From a virus (lineage: Duplodnaviria; Caudoviricetes): a stretch of DNA of 64,000 bases. Location of the stretch: the IMG/VR virus record IMGVR_UViG_3300042922_001473. The stretch is one strand, 5' to 3'. Positions within the stretch are counted from its first letter, which is position 1, and every line of letters starts with the position of its first letter. A program made the translations under genes and the position numbers. Below the pieces are notes generated by a model. The model worked only from the letters and a program-made list of their open reading frames with translations. It ran no database searches and was not told where the DNA came from. Below are positions 41,177 to 49,823 of this stretch, in pieces.

Positions 41177-41815
41177 TTAAATTTTAATATTTTTGACACA
41201 ACAAATTCTTTTTTCTTGTTTTCTATTTCTTTTTTCACTAAACAAATAAATATCTTCAAATTTTATTTTTGAACTTACCCAGTCATACATTTCGTATAAA
41301 TAACAGTCACCGTCTACTTCTTCTACCCAAGGCATAAGTACGTTTTCTAATTTATCTACCTTTTCAATACTTTCAAGATAAACCATGCTATCTGAGTTTC
41401 CAATCACTTCAATATTGTTTAAATACATTTCAAGATTTGAAATTGAATTATCTATATAGAAGACAATTTTATCTACGTCTACAAACTCCCTTACACCTAC
41501 AGAAGTTATATTCTCTCCGACTTCTAACTCTTCATCTTCCTTTTGTTTTCCATAGTAGGAATTTGAAGCTAATTTAAGCTTTACAGTGTTTTTAACAAAT
41601 TCCCCAGGATATTGCACATAGATTATTGCATTTTTGATTTTATGAAATAATTCCTTTGCTTTTTCTACTCCATCCAATTGAATAACAGAAGATAATATTG
41701 CTCCTCTTAGAGTATAAGTCATTGGATATTCATAACTTCTTGAATTTAAGTGACTATCATTATAATTTTTAAGCGAAAATAGCGATGCTGTTTTGAAAGT
41801 AACTTTACTAATCAT
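41177..41815 (-). CDS. cas5: CRISPR-associated Cas5
   Basis: N-terminal F...SLFSLK......S..YP..YTLRGAI; VREFV; G.SDS loop; context. Confidence 0.8.
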   Translation of the reverse strand: MISKVTFKTASLFSLKNYNDSHLNSRSYEYPMTYTLRGAILSSVIQLDGVEKAKELFHKIKNAIIYVQYPGEFVKNTVKLKLASNSYYGKQKEDEELEVGENITSVGVREFVDVDKIVFYIDNSISNLEMYLNNIEVIGNSDSMVYLESIEKVDKLENVLMPWVEEVDGDCYLYEMYDWVSSKIKFEDIYLFSEKRNRKQEKRICCVKNIKI

Positions 41816-41845
41816 TGATTCCTCCGATAATTTTTCGATAATTTT

Positions 41846-41920
41846 ACTTAAATAATATATTATTAAATGTTAAGTTGTAAGAAACACATATTTTCAATAG
41901 TTTGTAACTAAATATTAAAA
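41846..41920 (-). ncRNA. mini-array / crRNA-like regulatory RNA candidate (two divergent repeats, 15-nt spacer)
   Basis: Repeats at 41891-41920 and 41846-41875 (~20/30 identity for the latter); ATTGAAAA handle; own promoter upstream; seed match to 47349-47359. Confidence 0.6.
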
Positions 41921-41944
41921 GTTTTTTCTTGTATTTATAGTCAA

Positions 41945-41974
41945 TTATATCATATTTTATTGTTTATAGTCAAC
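41945..41974 (-). promoter_or_regulatory. sigma-A promoter for the mini-array and cas5
   Basis: TTGACT-N18-TATAAT with extended TG. Confidence 0.7.
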
Positions 41975-42191
41975 AAGTTAGTCAAAAAATATAATGCCTT
42001 AATGACATTTTTACAGAATAACACTTTGTAAAATATTAAATGTGCTGATTTGTTAGAATCCTATGTTTTGTAATAACAATGTGATAAATATTAATATCAA
42101 ATAATTTTTCTACATTTTTAACTTCAAGTAATAATTTTTAATAACAATATGTTAGATATTAAACTAATTCATAATATTTGATAACAATAAA

Positions 42192-42728
42192 TTATTTTAT
42201 ACTTTCAATTAAAAGTGGCTGAGAAGTAAATGATAATCTTTGACTTGAATATTGATATAACCCATTCCATTCTCCATAAACACCATCTAAATCAAACCAG
42301 AATATTCCTTCTACCCTTTCTCCCCAAGTTCCATCAAGGTCGGCTGATTCAGCTACAAACAATTCTCCACGATAACCTTCGACACTTCCATATGTTAGCT
42401 CTTCCATGGGTGTTAGGTAACTGTTCATACTACTCACTTTTCCTAAAACTTGTATTTCCCTAATAAGTTGTCCATTCTCGGAAATTAGATATAAATATCC
42501 AACACCATCTGGTTGATTTATAAACTCAATTCTACGCTTAATATTCTCTCTTTCTAAACTACGTGTTATCTGAGGTAAATCATCTTCCTTAATTAATTTA
42601 TTAACTGCCTGTTCATTTGCTTTTGAAGCTTGTTCTGTTGTTTTAACCTCCCTTTCAGGTATTTCAATACAACCTACTAATCCTAATAACATAATTGACG
42701 CTAATACTATTGATACTATTTTTTTCAT
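42192..42728 (-). CDS. phage-type lipoprotein embedded in the CRISPR array
   Basis: Lipobox LVGC; SLERENI.RR, GKVSS.NSYLTP, DGTWG...GIFW...G...EW; AAGGAG RBS. Confidence 0.85.
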   Translation of the reverse strand: MKKIVSIVLASIMLLGLVGCIEIPEREVKTTEQASKANEQAVNKLIKEDDLPQITRSLERENIKRRIEFINQPDGVGYLYLISENGQLIREIQVLGKVSSMNSYLTPMEELTYGSVEGYRGELFVAESADLDGTWGERVEGIFWFDLDGVYGEWNGLYQYSSQRLSFTSQPLLIESIK

Positions 42729-43053
42729 TATCGTTCTCCTTTTTTTATTGTTTTATTTTAACAAACTATGAGGAAATACCAGATAGTTCGATTATTTTTA
42801 ATAACAGTGTGTTGAATATTAAGTCTAAACCCGAAACGTCTAAATTTAGCATTTTGAAATATCAGTGTGCTTTATATTTAATAGTTATATGGCAGTATTT
42901 AAATAACAATTATATAGAATGTTTAGCGAATATATTGCAGTTGGTTACTCTAACTCTACAAAATTTCAATAACAGTATGTTAGATATTAAATTCAAATAG
43001 ACGACTCTGAAAATCTGTAATAGATAATTTTTTAATAACACAATGTTGAAATT

Positions 43054-43284
43054 TTATTTTATATTAAATCTTTTACATCTTGTCATAATAAACGCTATAT
43101 TTTCTTTACAGCAGATTTCATACATTTGTTGTGCGATATGACAATTCGTTTCTTTGTTATAGGTCATTTTTTTGCAATATAGACACATACATTCTTCTCT
43201 TCTAATACTATCTGTCGTTTTGTTAGTCCATATTAATTCATTGTAGTGTTCTTCTAATACTGGATTTGTTTTTATTTCACTCAC
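43054..43284 (-). CDS. small Cys-rich protein embedded in the CRISPR array
   Basis: 76 aa; RREECMCLYC..NCHIA...YEIC.......TRC; stop codon lies inside a repeat. Confidence 0.7.
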   Translation of the reverse strand: MSEIKTNPVLEEHYNELIWTNKTTDSIRREECMCLYCKKMTYNKETNCHIAQQMYEICCKENIAFIMTRCKRFNIK

Positions 43285-43763
43285 GCCCCTTACAATTCTT
43301 ATCCTTTTGGATTATCTGATATTTCCAGAAGGCTCACTTTAAAAACATTGTGTTAGATGATAAGCCAATAGTGGCGGTAATTTTCTTACTTTTGCGTAAA
43401 CATTGTTTTAATTACATTATGTTCGTAATATTAAGCAATAAAGAAAAAACATTTTATCAAGTATCTTTTTTTTTATAATACTATGTTAGATATTAAACGG
43501 AAGGAGCGACTATTATGAAGTATCTGTAAGCGTCATTTCAATAACAGTATGTTAGATATTAAACTCAATTGAAAGTGTTGAGGAATTAACTGCCCCCATA
43601 TTTAAATAACAGTATGTTAGATATTAAATTAAAGCATCGACAAGTCCCGAAGCAATAGGAACTGAATTTTAATAACAGTATGTTGGATATTAAACAAGTT
43701 GCTATTTGCATGTAATAAGCTTCCTAATAATTAATTACAATAACACTATGTTAAATATTAAAC

Positions 43764-43929
43764 CCGTCAAAAATATCAGTAATTCCAATACACACAGAAG
43801 CATAATCTTATATATTTTTCTGTCTACCATAATGCTGTTTTTATTTTTCAAATTCTAAGTACCAAATCTACTTAGTATTTGAAAAATAACCCAGTTATAT
43901 TATAAAAAACCGATAGACAGAAATCTTAA
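43764..43929 (-). promoter_or_regulatory. array leader with long hairpin
   Basis: AT-rich region between the cas7 stop and the first repeat; TATAAT at 43899-43904 (- strand); nested inverted repeats. Confidence 0.6.
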
Positions 43930-44937
43930 TTATTTAGAACTGTTTTTAATGTAATTTATGTTTCTTTCAACAATGAAATCAAGAAATTTATCATTAGTAT
44001 ACTGGTCAATCAATGTATCAAAGGCAACAATATCTTTGAACTCTCTGCATACAGATGATAATTTCGAATTAACTTCAATAAAATCATCATTTAAAGCACT
44101 ATACTTTGTAAGTTTTTGGTTTCTGTCAGTTTTTTCAGTTATAATTCCTGATACTTTCCCTAAATGAGGCATATTTGTATTGCACATTGCTCCTTCTATA
44201 TCCATAATCGTATTTCTAAGAGCATTTAAAGCTTTTTTAATTCTTTCTTTTATTTGTTCTTTATCAAGTGTATAAATCATTCTTTCATCATCGAAACCTA
44301 TCCTTCCAAGGTCAAGAGATACTGTTAATGCATATTCAGAAGAACGAATAGGTCTATAGTAAATCATTTGAGCATTTTGGTCTTTATTTGTATTTGCCTC
44401 AGAAGTTGTATCAAATGAACCATCTTCATTTTTAATCTGCTCTTGTTTTGTCTTGCCATTCTTTTCTGATAGGTCTACTCTATTGTACAAAACACTATCA
44501 TTTCTTGTTCCCTCTTTAGCAATAGCCCATGAGAATTGTGCAGTAGTAAATCTTTTTTCATTATTTCCTTTTCCTGCGTTCATAAATCCACATATATCAT
44601 CTATTACACATTCTTTAACCTTATTTCCACTTGCACTAAATCTATCATCTTTTTCTTTAACCTTCCCATTTTTCATTGGTGAGAAGATTTTACAAGTATC
44701 GCAGAGTTCTATTAAATCTGATAAAAGTCTTAAATTCTTACTATAAACATGCTTTAAAAGGTTTCCTGTAATAGCATTTCTAAGTTCACCGTCTTTCAAC
44801 TGTATTGTTCTTGTCTTAACAACATTGCCAATTGATTCCTCATTATTTAAAGCCTCTGCATTTAATTCCATATTAAACATAAAACTCAATTTAAACATAT
44901 TATCATCTATTTCTATGCCATATTTATTATCTATCAT
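43930..44937 (-). CDS. cas7: Cas7 (DevR/Csa2-like)
   Basis: LN...LNNE..IGN...R, NAITG..LKH, LCxxC..C..DD..GF, R....QFSW, Y...V.LDL.RIG. Confidence 0.88.
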   Translation of the reverse strand: MIDNKYGIEIDDNMFKLSFMFNMELNAEALNNEESIGNVVKTRTIQLKDGELRNAITGNLLKHVYSKNLRLLSDLIELCDTCKIFSPMKNGKVKEKDDRFSASGNKVKECVIDDICGFMNAGKGNNEKRFTTAQFSWAIAKEGTRNDSVLYNRVDLSEKNGKTKQEQIKNEDGSFDTTSEANTNKDQNAQMIYYRPIRSSEYALTVSLDLGRIGFDDERMIYTLDKEQIKERIKKALNALRNTIMDIEGAMCNTNMPHLGKVSGIITEKTDRNQKLTKYSALNDDFIEVNSKLSSVCREFKDIVAFDTLIDQYTNDKFLDFIVERNINYIKNSSK

Positions 44938-46268
44938 TATTCAATATCCTCCGATTCTTCCATATCATTAGTTTCAATTTCTTCAATTTCTGTTTCTATA
45001 TCTGTTCCTTTTTTCTTATAATAAACGCTTGAATAAGTTAATATTGCATCCCCTATTGTTCTTACTGCCTCATTATTATCTGCAAAGTTTATAATTTCCT
45101 CTATTTCTTCTTCATTAATACAAGGTCTTTTCATATATTTCCAATGCAATAAACTTATTTGTCGCATAACTTTTGATAAATCTGTAATGGTATTACAGTT
45201 TAATAGTAAAACCTGTATGTCATATCCTATCTTATCTCTTAATAGTGATTTAAGACCATTTGCCACTCTTCTTATACTTTGATTTTTATAAATTTCTTGT
45301 ACTTTATGATTTTGCAATCTCACCAACTCCTCTATCATTTTTTCTTCTAATAATTCTTTTTTCTTAGCATATATCTGTATTAATTTTGAAAAATTATTAT
45401 ATTTTGTATTTAGTAAAAACTCAGAAGTAATTATCTTAACGTCTTCGCTTACTTTAGAATATTCTATTTTCATTAACAATATCTCGCATAAATCAATGCT
45501 TATATCAAGCATAGGCACTTCGAAGTTTAAATCTGCCATTGGCTTCTTGCTTGTGGGAGATAACTGCATATAAAGAGCCTTTTCATAATTGCCTATCATT
45601 AATTCTGATTTAAATTTTATTAAGGTTTTAAGATAAATTTTTGCATTTACAATGGATTTTGAATTTTTTCCAAAGAAAGTAAAGTGCTTTATTTCGCCTG
45701 TTTCCTTATTTGAATATGTCCAGTTATAAGGTCTTTGTATTCTATCTATTTTCTTAGGAAACAGTATTATATTTACTTCATAATCTGTCTTGCAGTATGT
45801 AGTAGCCACTATAAAGCCAAGAAATGATAATTGGTTTTCAAAATCATTAACATTTTTTGCTTTAGGAGACAACCCTCCTCTAATACCTTTAGTGTAAAAA
45901 CAAGTTCCACAGTATGTCGCACCTTCTGATTTACTACCTTTCAAGAATTTATCATCAAGTGTTTCATAATAATTAAATATCATTTCCATGTTTTCTTGTT
46001 TGTCCAAAAATTCATTAAGGTTATTTAATCTAACTTCCTTTTCACTTCTATTTAAGCTTGAATTAATACTCCACATATCATCTACTGATAAGGTGCTTAA
46101 TATCAAATCCTTATAAGCAAAATCTTCTTTTGTCTCTATTACGAAATAAGCTTTTTTATTCGTTAAAACCCAATCTATGCCATTGTCGTCAAGAATTTTG
46201 CATAACCCGTAAGCAATACAAAGTTCCATTATTTCATTTTCTTTTTTTATAACTTTAAATTGCTTCAA
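44937..46268 (-). CDS. Cas8-like large subunit
   Basis: Position between cas6 and cas7; AYGL..IL, KGIR; helical Cas11-like C-terminus; coupled to cas7. Confidence 0.7.
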   Translation of the reverse strand: MKQFKVIKKENEIMELCIAYGLCKILDDNGIDWVLTNKKAYFVIETKEDFAYKDLILSTLSVDDMWSINSSLNRSEKEVRLNNLNEFLDKQENMEMIFNYYETLDDKFLKGSKSEGATYCGTCFYTKGIRGGLSPKAKNVNDFENQLSFLGFIVATTYCKTDYEVNIILFPKKIDRIQRPYNWTYSNKETGEIKHFTFFGKNSKSIVNAKIYLKTLIKFKSELMIGNYEKALYMQLSPTSKKPMADLNFEVPMLDISIDLCEILLMKIEYSKVSEDVKIITSEFLLNTKYNNFSKLIQIYAKKKELLEEKMIEELVRLQNHKVQEIYKNQSIRRVANGLKSLLRDKIGYDIQVLLLNCNTITDLSKVMRQISLLHWKYMKRPCINEEEIEEIINFADNNEAVRTIGDAILTYSSVYYKKKGTDIETEIEEIETNDMEESEDIE

Positions 46269-46280
46269 TTTATCACCCCT

Positions 46281-46958
46281 TTATGCTACTTCCCATAAGA
46301 AGCCATGTCCTGTAGATGTATTTTCCCCTGCTCCACAATTGTATATAGCGTTTATAACGTCATAATCACCCGAAACTTCAAGCATACATTTCCAGCTAAA
46401 TATATGTCCTTTTTTATATTGTTCTACATTTCTTTTTGGATTAATAATATTAAAATTTATATCTCCTTTAATTCCGAGTTTTTCAGCTTTTCTAATTGCA
46501 TTATTCTTTAATCTTAATGCTACCTGCTCCATATCAGAAAGAAGTCTTTCTTCACCTTTACCTGGAATATTAACTATAACTTTAGTTTTAAATAAATATT
46601 TATCCTTTTTAACAAGTTCATTAACAGGTTCTATACTTGCTACAACAATTACCATATCTTCAATTCTTATTAGTTGATTTTTTACTACGCTTTCTATAAA
46701 TTCATTAACAAAGCTATCTTCTCCCGTTAGATAAAAGTGAATATTATCATCTTTTATGAACACATTTGTAAATGTAAATAATCTCATTTCTTTGTTTTTC
46801 AGGTGTAGCATTTCTGCAGATTTAGAATTTATGTTATTTAACAACATGGAATATATCCCATGTGTATAATTCATTTTATTTTGATTTACCTTTTCAATTA
46901 TTTGTCCTGAAATTTTAATTCTCATACACAGTATCCGCTTATACTTCCTTTCCTTCAT
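46281..46958 (-). CDS. cas6: CRISPR endoribonuclease Cas6
   Basis: LFTF, C-terminal GAGENTSTGHG glycine loop; true start probably MRIKIS. Confidence 0.88.
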   Translation of the reverse strand: MKERKYKRILCMRIKISGQIIEKVNQNKMNYTHGIYSMLLNNINSKSAEMLHLKNKEMRLFTFTNVFIKDDNIHFYLTGEDSFVNEFIESVVKNQLIRIEDMVIVVASIEPVNELVKKDKYLFKTKVIVNIPGKGEERLLSDMEQVALRLKNNAIRKAEKLGIKGDINFNIINPKRNVEQYKKGHIFSWKCMLEVSGDYDVINAIYNCGAGENTSTGHGFLWEVA

Positions 46959-47319
46959 ACTTAGCTTTTAATCTTTCATAATCTTTTCGTTCATTTTCTT
47001 CCATTTCTCTTTTATAGTTTTCTATGTGCTTTTTCTCTTGATTTATTCTTTTTTCTTTAAAGTTTTCAATATCTTTATTTGTAACTACTTTCTTTTCTAA
47101 TAAAATATCTATCATAAATTTATTAGAAAATAAGTATTTTTCAGTTATTAATTTATTTGTTACTATAGTTTGCTTATTATCATCTTCACTAATTTCTTGG
47201 GATACACATAAAATACCACCATCAGTTGTTGCTATCATTATATAATCAGCATAAAGTGCCATATTTGTATATGCTATTGTTTTACCTACTAAGTCGTTTG
47301 GGTTATTTATTAAGTACAA
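46939..47319 (-). CDS. phage-type hypothetical protein, first gene of the cas operon
   Basis: TTG at 47319 follows AGGAGG (the track start at 47397 lies in the promoter); DLVGKTI, ER..YERLKAKY. Confidence 0.7.
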   Translation of the reverse strand: MYLINNPNDLVGKTIAYTNMALYADYIMIATTDGGILCVSQEISEDDNKQTIVTNKLITEKYLFSNKFMIDILLEKKVVTNKDIENFKEKRINQEKKHIENYKREMEENERKDYERLKAKYEGKEV

Positions 47320-47365
47320 GTTTTGTTTCCTCCTATATTTTTCTACCATATGTATTTCTATAAAC

Positions 47366-47394
47366 ATTATATCAACTTTGTTGTCTATTGTCAA
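47366..47394 (-). promoter_or_regulatory. consensus sigma-A promoter of the cas6 operon
   Basis: TTGACA-N17-TATAAT with extended TG. Confidence 0.85.
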
Positions 47395-47508
47395 CAATTA
47401 AATTTTATTGACTATTTTTTATATTGGTTTAAACAGAAAAAATTTATTTTTATCTTATTAAAGAATATAATTTAGTATTAAAGAGCAATTGAAAGCGAGG
47501 AGTTTTAA

Positions 47509-47967
47509 ATGAAATTTACCAAAATTATAACTATTATTTCAACATCTTTAGTTATATTATCTACAGGAGTACCTGTGACTATTGAAGGTTTAGAGTTGAC
47601 CATGACAGACAATGCACTAATTAATTCTAATAATATTCTGTCTATAAAAGACAATATTGATATAAAATTAAATCAAATTGTTAATGTTAATCTTTTCAAA
47701 GAGGATGATTTTAAACTGATAAGCCATGATAAACAAGTAAAAATAAGCGAACAGCAATCTTTGTCAGCCTTAAAAGAGAAAGTTATCGACTTAACTGATG
47801 AACTTGAATACTTAGGGTTATTTTCAGACGGAGAAGTTGATTGTTATAAATATAAGGTTATAACAACCATAGAAGATTTATTAAATACTTCTATAGTATT
47901 TGTAAATGCAGATAATAAAAATGTGTATATATCAGGAAAAAATTCTTTTTTGGTTGAAATGAAATAA
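47509..47967 (+). CDS. secreted hypothetical protein
   Basis: Signal-peptide-like N-terminus, GAGGAG RBS. Confidence 0.6.
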   Translation: MKFTKIITIISTSLVILSTGVPVTIEGLELTMTDNALINSNNILSIKDNIDIKLNQIVNVNLFKEDDFKLISHDKQVKISEQQSLSALKEKVIDLTDELEYLGLFSDGEVDCYKYKVITTIEDLLNTSIVFVNADNKNVYISGKNSFLVEMK

Positions 47968-48113
47968 TATTCTTAAAAAAGGTTATACTAAAATAGTCGC
48001 AACTATAAATGATTTATGTTAAAATTAAAAATAGCTTTGACAAATATATGCAATTAATATATATTATAGAAGATATTTTTTAAGGCTTCTACACAGCTAA
48101 CAAGGAGTAATTA

Positions 48114-48977
48114 ATGAACATAAAAGATTTTAATGCGTTTTGCTTTAATATTTCGAAATGGTTAAACCAAAAAGGGGATATGGATATTTTAAATAACAAA
48201 GCCTTTTGGCTTATAATAAAAATAAATGGCGAAACGGTTAATAACAATGAAAAGAATCAAAAAGGAATAAATATTTTCAATGAAATCATTGAACTTAGAG
48301 TGGTAACTATTTCTAAAATAAAATCAGTTTACATGAGATTCAGCGAAAAACTTTTTGACTATTTTTTTAATGATATGAAAAACAGTGAGTTTTACAAAGA
48401 TAGATTTAGATATGTTTATAAATTTTGGTATAAAAGCGATAGCTTTATTATAAATTCATTTAATTTCTTAGATTACTTTTCCAGCGAATGTGAAATAGAA
48501 ATTATCGGAATGGGAACTGGAATTTCTTATCTTAATACTGAAAAACTTACTTTTAAACAAAAAGAGGAATCTTTACTTAATGATTTCAAAGAAATTGACA
48601 ATTGGGATGTTAATACTGAAAATAATAAAAAATTCATAAATTCACTTTTAAGAGAATTATCTATTAGACATTATGTAAATGGTTTTAAAATAAAATTAAT
48701 AAATAACGAAAATAATGAAGAAAATAAGTCCTTTTTATCTTATAATGAAAAAGATGGTTATTCTGTTGTCACTTTAAGCATAGATAAAAAAAATAACTTA
48801 GGTACATTTAGCATATATTCATTGACTAAAGAAATCAGTGAAAATTTATGCAACAATAGATATATAGATTATGTGACAGATGATAATAGTAATATAATAG
48901 AATTTCTCAACAGCGAAAGCGAAACTTTAATTAATGAAGGTTATAATATCTCAATAAAACAAATTAAAACTACTTAA
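48114..48977 (+). CDS. hypothetical protein
   Basis: 287 aa, AAGGAG RBS. Confidence 0.6.
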   Translation: MNIKDFNAFCFNISKWLNQKGDMDILNNKAFWLIIKINGETVNNNEKNQKGINIFNEIIELRVVTISKIKSVYMRFSEKLFDYFFNDMKNSEFYKDRFRYVYKFWYKSDSFIINSFNFLDYFSSECEIEIIGMGTGISYLNTEKLTFKQKEESLLNDFKEIDNWDVNTENNKKFINSLLRELSIRHYVNGFKIKLINNENNEENKSFLSYNEKDGYSVVTLSIDKKNNLGTFSIYSLTKEISENLCNNRYIDYVTDDNSNIIEFLNSESETLINEGYNISIKQIKTT

Positions 48978-49107
48978 ATGTATTCTTTTTTTGTACTTTT
49001 TTAATCAAACCCTATACTTATAATGTAAAAAGATATAAACCCTCCCTTTAGTTATATATTTTAATTATTTTACTATTATAATTAAAAACAGAAGGAGGAT
49101 TAAAAAA

Positions 49108-49779
49108 ATAATAAAATTAAAAAGAATATTATTAGTAACTACAGTTATTTCTATTTTGGTTACAAGTACAGTATTTGGTTCTGCTATAAAGGAAACAATA
49201 TCTGTATTATATGATAAAGGTGTTAGTGTTAAAGTGGATGGTGCTAATTTAAATTTAGGTGATAAAGCTCCAATAATATATAATGGAACTACTTATTTAC
49301 CTGTTAGAGCTGTGGCTGAAGCTATAGGTAAGCCTGTTAATTGGGATAATGATACAAGAACTGTTTATCTTGGAACAATGGACAAATTGACTAAACTTAC
49401 ACCTGAAATGATAAAGGGAGATTGTACCACATTTACAAAACAGACCGATAGATTATCTATTGAAAATTACTCAGTCTTAGAAGGTATACCTTTTGAATGG
49501 TTCGATAATAGTACAGATTTTATAGTTAATAGCAAATTTACAAAAATGAAATTTACCGTTATAGTAAAAAATCCTGATAAGAGAACTGGGGTATATGTAA
49601 AAGCTGGCAAAGAATATAAAGAAGAATTATTTAAGGGAACTTTTGATGAAGGATTAAATACAGCAACTTATGAAGTAGATATTTCAAACAGAGATAAGGT
49701 TCGTGTATATTTTAATACTAACATATTATATGGAGACGAACACCCACAAATTATCATTGGAGATGTTACTTTTCAATAA
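49108..49779 (+). CDS. secreted stalk (copper amine oxidase N-terminal-like) domain protein
   Basis: PIIYNGTTYLPVRAVAEA.G..V.WD..T.TV; the in-frame signal peptide begins at an ATA after GGAGG. Confidence 0.8.
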   Translation: MIKLKRILLVTTVISILVTSTVFGSAIKETISVLYDKGVSVKVDGANLNLGDKAPIIYNGTTYLPVRAVAEAIGKPVNWDNDTRTVYLGTMDKLTKLTPEMIKGDCTTFTKQTDRLSIENYSVLEGIPFEWFDNSTDFIVNSKFTKMKFTVIVKNPDKRTGVYVKAGKEYKEELFKGTFDEGLNTATYEVDISNRDKVRVYFNTNILYGDEHPQIIIGDVTFQ

Positions 49780-49823
49780 AATATGCACAAAAAAAGAGAA
49801 GATTTTAACCTTCTCTCTTTTTT

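Larger units (their letters stand above)
42012..43763 (-). CRISPR. degenerate CRISPR array, ~15 repeats, interrupted by two genes
   Basis: Consensus (- strand) GTTTAATATCTAACATACTGTTATT(G/T)AAAT. Repeats start (+ strand) at 43734, 43666, 43600, 43535, 43469, 43405, 43336, 43029, 42963, 42897, 42853, 42795, 42135, 42067, 42012; spacers mostly 32-39 nt, with 14-28-nt spacers distally. Confidence 0.92.

Noticed and set aside
42695-43000. Plus-strand 101-aa ORF
   Set aside because: Runs across CRISPR repeats antisense to the array with no RBS; spurious
43565-43599. Spacer shares CAATTGAAAG with 47486-47495, near the divergent promoter
   Set aside because: The match is at the PAM-distal end of the crRNA, has no seed pairing, and is AT-rich enough to be chance
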